Assembly (NCBI GenBank): GCA_000092065.1
Contig: CP000586.1
DNA from: Ostreococcus lucimarinus
Lineage: Eukaryota
Strand: one strand, 5' to 3'
DNA: 64,000 bases
Positions 29,584 through 37,875 of this stretch are shown piece by piece; positions within the stretch are counted from its first letter, which is position 1, and the number at the start of each line of letters is the position of its first letter. The position numbers and the translations under genes were made by a program. The notes below the pieces were generated by a model. That model ran no database searches, was not told where the DNA came from, and was given only the letters and a program-made list of their open reading frames with translations.

Positions 29584-30480
29584 ATGTTCCGAGACGACGA
29601 CGACGACGGCGAACGCGCGCGCGAGGCCGCCGTCATGCGCCAGCGCGCGTATCTCGCCGAGCTCGACGCGCAGTTGGCACATAAGCGCGAGTTGGCGCGA
29701 CGAGACGCCGTCTTCGGCGACGCCGCGCCACACATCCATCGCTCGCACGAATTTCAATATCGCGCGGCGTCGGCGTCGTTATATTCGGACGACGGCGAGA
29801 ACAGACGATGGGAGAAGACGAGGGAATTGGCGTCGTCGCGAAGCGTGGCGCCGCGCGGGATGGTTCGCGAGAACGACGACGACGGTGGCGCTGAGGCGGC
29901 GGAGCGAGAGTGCCGACGAGAGAAGGCGCAGCTGCGAGAGGCGTTGGAGCGGCAAATCGAAGCGAAGCGACTTGAGCGCGAGCGCGAGCGCGCAGCGCGG
30001 GCTCGAGCGGAGGAAGAGGAAGAACGCCGTTTGCGCGAAGAGCAAGCCGAGTTGACTCGACGGTTTGAACGACGTCGGCGGTTCGGTTTGGCGGATGGTT
30101 TAGCGGATGATTTGCACGACGCGTCGTTGAGCGCGAGCGAGGGTGGTTCTGGCGCATCCGGCGCGACAAACGTCATGAATGCGGCTTCGAATGGTGATGC
30201 GTTCGAGTTTATCAAAGTAGAGTCGACGTTCGTGGAGTTGTCGCGAGACGACGAAGAATCCGACGCCGACGAAAAATCAAAGCCGCCGGAGGTCATTCAC
30301 TCGCCGCCGCCGCGGCAGCTCACGGTGGTGGAAACAGTGATGACGGAACCGGCGAAACCGTCTCCGGCGAACAAGACAGAAGACGAAAGTGATGACGACG
30401 AACCATTACTGCGCCAAGGATCTGTGAAAGCCATGGCGAAAATGTGGGATACGCCGGTGAAGTCAAAACGAGCTCCGTAG
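29584..30480 (+). CDS. Hypothetical charged/coiled-coil protein
   Basis: ORF with first ATG at 29584 (the track start at 29485 is GTG and overlaps the FCF1 stop). It has an E/R-rich coiled segment (EKAQLREALERQIEAKRLERERERAARARAEEEEERRLREEQAELTRRFERRRR) and an acidic tail. No family recognised. Confidence 0.3.
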   Translation: MFRDDDDDGERAREAAVMRQRAYLAELDAQLAHKRELARRDAVFGDAAPHIHRSHEFQYRAASASLYSDDGENRRWEKTRELASSRSVAPRGMVRENDDDGGAEAAERECRREKAQLREALERQIEAKRLERERERAARARAEEEEERRLREEQAELTRRFERRRRFGLADGLADDLHDASLSASEGGSGASGATNVMNAASNGDAFEFIKVESTFVELSRDDEESDADEKSKPPEVIHSPPPRQLTVVETVMTEPAKPSPANKTEDESDDDEPLLRQGSVKAMAKMWDTPVKSKRAP

Positions 30481-30602
30481 CATAGAATTAGCGATCAAAC
30501 GAACGACTCACTACTGACTAGCATGTGTAAATTACAACGACCGAACTGGAAACGAAGCTATCGCGAGCGTGACATCGAGTCCGGCGCGACTTCATGACGC
30601 TC

Positions 30603-31826
30603 TCAATTCTCTCGCTCGCAAGTGCAATGCGGGCAGTTGTGCAGCTTTTCGTGAATGTAGCAATCGCAAGCGAAGCAAAACACGTTAGAACACTGCTCAC
30701 ACTTGGATGCTGGATCTGTTTGCTTGATAAGCGCGAGGCATGCTTTACACTCCAACACCTCCTTCGCTGAAGCCTCGTCGCGCGTGTACTCCTTGAACGG
30801 GGCGACGGGAAACAGGTGATGGTACGATCGCGCGAGATGTGGTGACGACACGAGCGTCAAACGACACACCGCACACTGCGAAGGAAGTTCATCGATTCTC
30901 CCAGAGCACCTAGGACACACGTATTCACCCCCCGTTCCGACCACGAGCGCGTCCTTACTCAAGTGCTTCTTTTGCGGAAATCCCATTTGTACCAAGCTCG
31001 ACTTCGTCGCGTCTTCGGGGAGCGGCGGCGGCGGTGCGTGCGCCATGATTAAATCATCCAAATGGTCGGCGTTTAAGCTCACCCCGTACGTTCCTCCAGT
31101 CTCCTCTGTCAGCCGTCGACTGACGTGAAGCTCCGCCGCCACGGCGACGACGCTCACGCGCACCTTGGCCGCCTTCGTCGCCGCGATCTCTGTCCACACA
31201 TTTCCAGGATCACACGTCGACAACGAACTCACGATATAGAGCACCTCACGACTTCCGTACGACGGAATCGATTTCAACGACGTCCTCGCGACGTTTAGCG
31301 TATTTTGCAAACTAAAATCCCCGCTCGCGTCCAGCGCGTTTCTCAGCGCCGCCGCGTGCGCCTCCGGACTCCCGCTCAGCTCCGTCAACCGTTCGGCCAC
31401 CCCATTCCTCGCGACGATGATCCCCAACTGCGATAGCGGATTCTGATTGAAATATTCCCGTATGAACGACGTCGCGCACTGTCCGACCACGCTCAACCGG
31501 TTCGGTCGAAAGTCTTCCTCGTTCGCCGCCCGCGACAGATCGACCACCACGTACGTGAACCGAATCATTCCCTTCGCCGCTCCCGCGCTCGTCGCGAGCG
31601 CCGCCATCTTCGCGCGCCGTTCGCGCGCCTTGGCCGTCTGCGCCTCGCTCGTGACGCGCAGGCGTCCCGTCACCGGGTCTTCCTCCAAGTCTTCCCACGC
31701 CCGTTCGCTCTGGTACTTCTTCTCCCACGCGCGCAGCGCGCGCTGGGCGTCCTCCGCGTCGACGTCGTCGTCGTCATCGTCTCCGTTCGCGCCCTCGGCG
31801 CCGTACGCGGCTTCAACCGACGTCAT
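30603..31826 (-). CDS. GTF2H2: General transcription factor IIH subunit p44 (SSL1)
   Basis: N-terminal vWA domain, then a C4 zinc finger (YVCPRCSGRIDELPSQCAVCRL) and a C-terminal C1-like finger (CEQCSNVFCFACDCYIHEKLHNCPHC). ATG at 31826. Confidence 0.85.
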   Translation of the reverse strand: MTSVEAAYGAEGANGDDDDDDVDAEDAQRALRAWEKKYQSERAWEDLEEDPVTGRLRVTSEAQTAKARERRAKMAALATSAGAAKGMIRFTYVVVDLSRAANEEDFRPNRLSVVGQCATSFIREYFNQNPLSQLGIIVARNGVAERLTELSGSPEAHAAALRNALDASGDFSLQNTLNVARTSLKSIPSYGSREVLYIVSSLSTCDPGNVWTEIAATKAAKVRVSVVAVAAELHVSRRLTEETGGTYGVSLNADHLDDLIMAHAPPPPLPEDATKSSLVQMGFPQKKHLSKDALVVGTGGEYVCPRCSGRIDELPSQCAVCRLTLVSSPHLARSYHHLFPVAPFKEYTRDEASAKEVLECKACLALIKQTDPASKCEQCSNVFCFACDCYIHEKLHNCPHCTCEREN

Positions 31827-32076
31827 CGCGCGCGTCTATGCGGCAGACGGCGACGGCGAGAGCGAAACAATCGGCGAATGACGGGCGCGCAGTCCGCGTC
31901 GAACGCGTTCAAGGTGCGCGCGATCGCGCGATGCGTCGCGACGCGCGGGCGTCGCGCGCGCGCGCGCGCTCGACGCGCGCGCTCGACGCGCGACGCGGCT
32001 TTCGGCGCGAATTCCAATCGAAATTGAACCAATCGCATCGAGACTGACGCGCGCGCTCGACGCGCTCGACGCGCAG

Positions 32077-32685
32077 GTCGTGCTCCTGGGCGAGGGACGC
32101 GTTGGAAAGACGTCATTGCTGCTGCGGTACGTCGAGAACACGTTCTCGGAGACGCAGACGCCGACGGTGCAGGCGACGTATCTGAGCAAGAGAGTCGCGC
32201 TGGAAAACGACGGCGCGGCGACGCTCAACGTGTGGGATACGGCGGGACAAGAGCGGTTTCACGCGCTCGGACCGATATATTATCGCGATGCGGACGCGGC
32301 CGTGTTGGTGTACGACATCACGGATAGCGATTCGTTCGATAGGGTGAAGAGTTGGGTGAAGGAGTTGAGACAAATCGCCGGGAGCGAGATTTCGCTGGCG
32401 GTGTGCGCGAATAAGAGCGATTTGGAACGGGCGAGAAAGGTGTCGCAGAGCGATGGGGAGACGTACGCGAAGAGTATTGGGGCGGCGTTCTTTAGTACGA
32501 GCGCGAAGGCGGATAAGGGCGTGGCGCAGGCGTTCATGAGCGTGGCCACGGCGTTGGACGCGAAGCGAGGCAAGTCGGCGGCGGGCGGCGGCGGCGCGGG
32601 CACAAAGACGAGCGGTGTCGGTCGAAGTCGGTCGTTGAAGATTGCGGAGGAAGAGATGAAACCGCGCGGTGGCGATTGCTGCTAA
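32077..32685 (+). CDS. RAB21: Rab21-type small GTPase, exon 2 to stop (the 5' exon carrying the ATG was not identified)
   Basis: VVLLGEGRVGKTSLLLRYVENTF...WDTAGQERFHALGPIYYRDADAAVLVYDITD...CANKSDLE...TSAK...GGDCC aligns well with human RAB21. There is no in-frame ATG for more than 100 nt upstream (the track start is GTG at 32080). gcgcag|GTCGTG at 32074-32077 looks like a 3' splice acceptor. Confidence 0.75.
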   Translation, partial: VVLLGEGRVGKTSLLLRYVENTFSETQTPTVQATYLSKRVALENDGAATLNVWDTAGQERFHALGPIYYRDADAAVLVYDITDSDSFDRVKSWVKELRQIAGSEISLAVCANKSDLERARKVSQSDGETYAKSIGAAFFSTSAKADKGVAQAFMSVATALDAKRGKSAAGGGGAGTKTSGVGRSRSLKIAEEEMKPRGGDCC

Positions 32686-32736
32686 GATTACTGCGGACTC
32701 TATTTAATCCAACACTAGCCTACGTAGACACCAGAA

Positions 32737-33792
32737 CTAAAAGATGTTCCACATCGCGACGGTGCCGTCTCGAGACGTGCTCACTAAAAACGAATCATCG
32801 GGAGCGAACAGAACGTCCGTCACCGTGGCGTCGTGATACTTCAACACCGCTAACAGTCGACCTTTCGACCTCGCTTTGTACTCGAACACGCGGATCTTGC
32901 CGTCCCAACAACCACACGCGACGATTTTGCCATCGCGGCGAATTGAACACGCGCTCACGCCCGGTTGCTTGCTCGATGCGCTCACGACATCCGTGTACGG
33001 GCCGTGCGTACGGAGGACGCGCACGTTCACTTCAGATTTCGTCACGAACTCGATGGCGTAGCGCACCAGCACGCCGTCGGCACCGCCCGTGACGGCGCCC
33101 TCTCCGCCCGCGTCGACGTCGACGCACAGCGCCGTCTCCCCGTGCGCGCGTCTCCTAAACACAATCTCCCCGACCCCACTCTCGAAATTCAACGCCCAAA
33201 GAATGACCGTTCCATCCTCGTACCCCGCCAGCAAGTGCGTCGAGCGCACGAACCGCACACACATGACGACGCCGATTTTGGGATCGTCGTCGTCGTCCTC
33301 CGAGCCAACCGCCGGCGTCCCGCACGCGACGTTCCCATTCGACGCCCGCATCACCACGATCGTCCCTCGCGCGTCCCCGGCGAACGCGATGAGATCATCA
33401 CAATCGCTCGCGACTCGACAGAATCCGTGCACGCGCGTGTACACCGCGCGTTCGACCATCTCCGTCGCGTCGCCGTCGTCGCCGTCGCCGCGACGCCAAA
33501 ACTTCAACGACCCATCCTTCCCTTGCGTCACCCGCATCGCTCGCGACGACGTCGACGCGTCACCGGTCGTCCTGATCGCGACGTCGCGCATGGCGAGCAC
33601 GCCCGACGCGGGCGCGTGCGCCTGTCGTCGTCCGACTGCGCGGCGCGTCGTCGTGTCCCACGTCACGATGACGCCGTCGGCGTCGCCGGTCTCGAGCGCG
33701 CGCGCGCCGCGACGGGCGTCGAACGACGCGCACTGCGCGTCCGTCGCGTGCGCGCGCAAAACGACGGGATCGGGCGGGGGATTAGGCGGCAT
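32737..33792 (-). CDS. WD40-repeat protein (GNB1L-like)
   Basis: 351 aa with repeated GH...WD-like blades (VIVTWDTTT, GSLKFWRR, GTVILWALNF, GKIRVFEY, GTVAMWNIF). ATG at 33792. Confidence 0.6.
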   Translation of the reverse strand: MPPNPPPDPVVLRAHATDAQCASFDARRGARALETGDADGVIVTWDTTTRRAVGRRQAHAPASGVLAMRDVAIRTTGDASTSSRAMRVTQGKDGSLKFWRRGDGDDGDATEMVERAVYTRVHGFCRVASDCDDLIAFAGDARGTIVVMRASNGNVACGTPAVGSEDDDDDPKIGVVMCVRFVRSTHLLAGYEDGTVILWALNFESGVGEIVFRRRAHGETALCVDVDAGGEGAVTGGADGVLVRYAIEFVTKSEVNVRVLRTHGPYTDVVSASSKQPGVSACSIRRDGKIVACGCWDGKIRVFEYKARSKGRLLAVLKYHDATVTDVLFAPDDSFLVSTSRDGTVAMWNIF

Positions 33793-33869
33793 GGAGTGAC
33801 GCGCGCGACGCGGCGGTTGGAGAAGGGAGCGACGGCGAAACTAAGAAAGCAAAGCTGGAACTAAACGCG

Positions 33870-34712
33870 CTACAGCGCGCGAACGACGGCTCGAGCGATT
33901 TGTGAAGGCTTGGAAAAGTGCGAGACGGCGCTGGGGAAATCGAACGGCGCGACCGGGGAACCGCTCGGGGAAATGGAGACGCGCGCGACGGCTTCGGATT
34001 TGACGGTCCACTTACTCGTCAATGCGCTCGGACGCCGCCAAGGCGGAATGTCCAAACCACTCTCGCGGAAAGAGTTGATCATGTGCGTCGACATGAAGAA
34101 GACAATTTCGCTCAGCTGCGCGTACGTGCCGACGAAGGCTGTGGGCATGGACTCCACGAGGCGCGCGTACTGCGCGGTGGCCCGGCCGACGACAAAGTGC
34201 GAGCGCAAGTTGGGCTCGATGATGATGCGCTCGTCCGCAGACGCGTACGCTAGAGCGTGTGCATCGCTATCGCCAATAAGCACGCTCGGCGGTAACCAAA
34301 GGAACGAGTGATTGAGCTTTTTCAAGGCGTCGCTGACGTCACCTTCGCGCGGCGTCTCGCTCGTCGCCCGCTCGAGTCGACCAAACTTCACCGGATCGTT
34401 TTCGCGCAGCTTCATCATCAACTCCTCTAAACCACTTTCGCGCACGTGTGAAACGCGCGAATCATCCTTGAACGCGTCTAAACCAATCTCTCGGACCGCC
34501 CACTTCAACGCCTTGAGCGTGCGATACGCCTCCTCGCCCCTGGGCGTGCACAAAAGTCGAGCGGTGCGAACGACGACCGCCGACACGTCGAACCCGACCG
34601 TCGTCGCGCCATCATCGCGACGCGGCGTGCGATCGCGCTCGAAATCCATCGCGTCTTCCTCGAAGAGCATATCGAATTCCATGTCCCCCATCGACGGCGC
34701 CGGTTGATTCAT
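33870..34712 (-). CDS. DUF506 (PD-(D/E)XK-like, plant-lineage) family protein
   Basis: ERIIIEPNLRSHFVVGRATAQYARLVESMPTAFVGTYAQLSEIVFFMSTHMINSFRESGLDIPPWRRPSALTSKW matches the DUF506 core. I chose the ATG at 34712 (MNQPAPSMGDMEF). The longer ORF to 34961 adds an R/A-rich segment. Confidence 0.6.
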   Translation of the reverse strand: MNQPAPSMGDMEFDMLFEEDAMDFERDRTPRRDDGATTVGFDVSAVVVRTARLLCTPRGEEAYRTLKALKWAVREIGLDAFKDDSRVSHVRESGLEELMMKLRENDPVKFGRLERATSETPREGDVSDALKKLNHSFLWLPPSVLIGDSDAHALAYASADERIIIEPNLRSHFVVGRATAQYARLVESMPTAFVGTYAQLSEIVFFMSTHMINSFRESGLDIPPWRRPSALTSKWTVKSEAVARVSISPSGSPVAPFDFPSAVSHFSKPSQIARAVVRAL

Positions 34713-35200
34713 CGTCCCGCGCTCGCGCGCGACGGCCGCCGTCTCGACGACGTCGCGTCGTTTCGAGAATATTCTAAGATTATTCCACCCGTCCGCGCGC
34801 GTCGCGTCGCCGATCGCGCGCGCGCGCGCGTCTCCGCGCGCGCGCGAGCTCGACGAACGCGCGTTCGCGCTCGCGCCGCGTCCCGCGTCCCGCGCCGCGC
34901 GCGTCGCGTCGCGTCGTGACGCCGTCGCCGCGCGCGTCGCGTCGAGAATACTAAACGTCACTTTAAATCCGTGTTTTCAGCAAGTCTTGAAAGACGTTCG
35001 CCGCCGGCGCGGCGCGCGCGCGCGAGTCCGCGACGCGCGCGCGCGTCGCGTCCGACGTCGCCGACGTCGCCGATCGAAGGCCGGGACTAGGATCGACGCG
35101 CGCGCGACGCGCGCGGGCCAAGGCGCGGCGGCAGACGCGCGAGGCGACGCGAGAGGAGGCCGAGCGCAGCATTCGATTCGAGCGGCGCGGCGCGCGGTCG

Positions 35201-35779
35201 ATGGCTGGTGGTGAAACGCCCGCGACGAGGGCGAAGCGCACGCGCGAGGAAAACACGCCGTCGCCGAAACCGAAGCCGGCGTACGACCCGGCGTTCGAGG
35301 TTGAGGTGGATCGGGGAGACGCGGGAGGGGCGACAACGTCGACGGGCGCGGCGACGGAGGAGGAGTATTCGGACGAGGGGCGATCGACGCGCGAGGGATC
35401 GGTGGACGAACGCGCGGGACCGTCGAAACCGGATTATTATCAGATTTTGGGCGTCGCGTTCGACTCGACGGAGGGCGAGATTCGAAGAGCGTATTTGAAG
35501 AGCGCGCTTCGATTTCATCCGGACAAGCACGGCGATACGTTGGAGGCGAAGCGACGGTTTCAAGAGATTGGTGAGGCGTATCACGTGTTGAGCGACCCCG
35601 GGCGTAGGACGGAGTACGACGACGCGGCGGAGTATTACGTCGACGACTTTGGCGTCGAGGAGTATTTGTTGAGGTTCCGCACCTTTGTGCTCACGTCGCA
35701 AGGTTTGAGCATCGGCTCTTATTTGGGCGACGAAGAAGACGAGGTGCACGAAGAAATATTAGAATTTCTTCGCGGTTAA
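35201..35779 (+). CDS. DnaJ (J-domain) protein
   Basis: J domain DYYQILGVAFDSTEGEIRRAYLKSALRFHPDKHGD...RRFQEIGEAYHVLSDPGRRTEYD with the HPD motif present. ATG at 35201. Confidence 0.7.
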   Translation: MAGGETPATRAKRTREENTPSPKPKPAYDPAFEVEVDRGDAGGATTSTGAATEEEYSDEGRSTREGSVDERAGPSKPDYYQILGVAFDSTEGEIRRAYLKSALRFHPDKHGDTLEAKRRFQEIGEAYHVLSDPGRRTEYDDAAEYYVDDFGVEEYLLRFRTFVLTSQGLSIGSYLGDEEDEVHEEILEFLRG

Positions 35780-35806
35780 GGAAGACGGCAGCGCGCGCCG
35801 AAGAAG

Positions 35807-36388
35807 ATGCAGGTCGAAGTTCAGAAGCGCGCCCGCTCGGCGTGCACGACGTTCAAGGCGTTGAAGAGCGAATGGGACGAAGTGCGCGGCGAGGCGCAGG
35901 ACGCGATGACGGTTTTCGCGAACGCAAACTTAGAGTTGCGCACCGTGGATGATTTGTCGTTCCCCGAGACGTTGTCGGAAGTCGACGTGCGAGAGGCGTT
36001 GCGGGCGAAGCGAAACGCGGCGTTCGAAGCGGCGGACAAGCGTCTGGACGAGCGCCGAGCGGACGTCGAGGAGATACGTCGAGACTTTGAAAAGCTCGCC
36101 AACGTGGAAAAGTATTTCGCATCGTCGATCGTGGATTACCCGGATGACGGCGCGTTGTTTCGCACGATGACGTTCAAGAGCTTTCGGCGCGCGTTTTCCG
36201 CCGTCGCGCAAACGTTTGTGGACGATTTAAAAGCCAAGGAGAAGATTATGGACAAGCTTTCGGCGACGAAGGACGATCGGAGCGCCGCGTTGGTGTTGAT
36301 TTCTGCGTTTGCGCTCGATCCACTGATTGAGCAAGACTTACTAGACGAGTTCGAGTCCCTCGTATTGAAGAACGAGCTCGGAGGGTGA
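35807..36388 (+). CDS. Hypothetical protein, in frame with the upstream DnaJ ORF across a single TAA
   Basis: 193-aa ORF with ATG at 35807. It is in the same frame as 35201..35779 and separated from it only by TAA at 35777-35779. No family recognised. Confidence 0.3.
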   Translation: MQVEVQKRARSACTTFKALKSEWDEVRGEAQDAMTVFANANLELRTVDDLSFPETLSEVDVREALRAKRNAAFEAADKRLDERRADVEEIRRDFEKLANVEKYFASSIVDYPDDGALFRTMTFKSFRRAFSAVAQTFVDDLKAKEKIMDKLSATKDDRSAALVLISAFALDPLIEQDLLDEFESLVLKNELGG

Positions 36389-37056
36389 GCGCACTAGGCG
36401 ACGCTCGAGCGTCCGTCGCGTCGACCGACTGAACGCGAAAGCACCCTCGATAACATCGCAGCGCTCGACGTGGCGTGATTTAGACATTTCTTTGTAAAAA
36501 CGACGATGAAAACAAAAAGTGAGTGACCGAATACGGCAAGACCTCGAAAACAATGGACGCTCTCGAGCGTTTGAAGAGCGAAATGGCGAGGGGACATCGA
36601 GCCCAAAGAGAGGGACGAAAAAGCGACGCTCGACGCTCAGGCCAAGGCGCTCCTCGAGAACGCGAAGCGACTTATCGACGCACTAGGCCTGATTGCTCAC
36701 AATCATATAAGGTATAGCTCGCATCGAGCCGAAAAAGGCGGCGGCGCGGGTGCGTTCCAGGTGGACAGAACAACCGCGCTGCGCGCGAAAGACGTGCGGT
36801 ACGTGTGGGAAGTCGTGCTTCCTTACGTTCGTAGTGGCCGAACGTTGGTGGCATGGCGGACGGTGTTGAGCAAAAAGACAGAGAACGCGGACATTTCGTA
36901 CGCGGATACGAGCTCACGGGGGCGGCATTGGTTTGTTCCGACCGTCGGGTGTGACGGCGAAAGTTACGGGTTCCCACGGACAATCGGGTATGGGATGCAG
37001 TAAAATAAAATAAAAAATAGTCGGTAAATGATGGGGAAAAAAAGTCTACGGTGTGA

Positions 37057-37128
37057 TGCTGAATAGGAGGTTCGAACTCCTGATCGCCTCCTTACTAAAG
37101 AGGCGCCTTACCACTTGGCCAATTCAGC
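37057..37128 (-). tRNA. trnT-AGU: tRNA-Thr (anticodon AGU)
   Basis: Minus-strand 72-nt cloverleaf. Acceptor GCTGAAT/ATTCAGC (7 bp), D-arm GCC-AAGTGGTAA-GGC, anticodon stem CCTCT/GGAGG, loop TTAGTAA (anticodon AGT), T-arm AGGAG-TTCGAAC-CTCCT, discriminator A. Confidence 0.8.
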
Positions 37129-37226
37129 TCGCGGACTGATCGACCGAAATCGGCCACAGTACGAATCACTACGACCCAAATGACGCTAAACGTCCTGGAG
37201 TCGAGCCGAGCCGTGTGTTCGCGCGA

Positions 37227-37817
37227 ATGTTACAGTCCGACGTTACGGTTCGCCGCGCGGCCGCGCGACCTCGTCCCGTCCCTCGTCGTCTCGTCGCACA
37301 CGCGCGCGCGATGGCGTCCGCGTCCGCGCGCGCGTCGCACATGCGTCGAAACTCCTCCCTCCAGGACGTTCGCGCCTTCGTCAAGCACTTTCCCGAGCAT
37401 CTGAGCTGGCGCGCGCAGCGCGAGTCGTTCGCGCACGAGGCGATGCAGTACGCGCTGTGGATCCCGTTCGCGATCGGGGCGTACGCGATGCACCTGCGCA
37501 CGCTTTCGTACTTGTTCGCGACGTGGTTCGTACTGGGTGAGATGATGCTGGTGTACACGCACGAGGCGCACCGGAAAGTCCTTCGCGGACTGCGCTGGTG
37601 GCACATCGCGATCGGCATCGGCGCGGGCGTGCTGTACCGAGGCGCGCCGCTGGTGGGGACGTTCGGACGGTTCGTCGTGGATTACGTGTTTTGGGGAGTG
37701 ATAGCCATGGCGTGCGTGTTTCCGTTGGTGCCGAAGACGTTTCGCGCGGACGTGCCGGATTTGGTGTACATGTTGGGATTCTTGCGGAAACCGACGGAGG
37801 GGCGCAAGAGCGCGTAG
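37227..37817 (+). CDS. Hypothetical multi-pass membrane protein
   Basis: Hydrophobic segments (YALWIPFAIGAYAM, FATWFVLGEMMLVY, WWHIAIGIGAGVLY, YVFWGVIAMACVFPLV). The track start at 37215 is GTG, with ATGs at 37227 and 37311. Confidence 0.35.
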   Translation: MLQSDVTVRRAAARPRPVPRRLVAHARAMASASARASHMRRNSSLQDVRAFVKHFPEHLSWRAQRESFAHEAMQYALWIPFAIGAYAMHLRTLSYLFATWFVLGEMMLVYTHEAHRKVLRGLRWWHIAIGIGAGVLYRGAPLVGTFGRFVVDYVFWGVIAMACVFPLVPKTFRADVPDLVYMLGFLRKPTEGRKSA

Positions 37818-37875
37818 ACGACGCGCCGTCGAACAATTAATTGTCTAGCCTATGAAATGTAGTACCACAATGTCG

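Noticed and set aside
36389-37056. Small ORFs (36523..36717, 36672..36983, 36761..37003) in the spacer upstream of tRNA-Thr
   Set aside because: Short, with no homology, in the only relatively AT-richer spacer. It is more likely untranslated or regulatory sequence flanking the tRNA.
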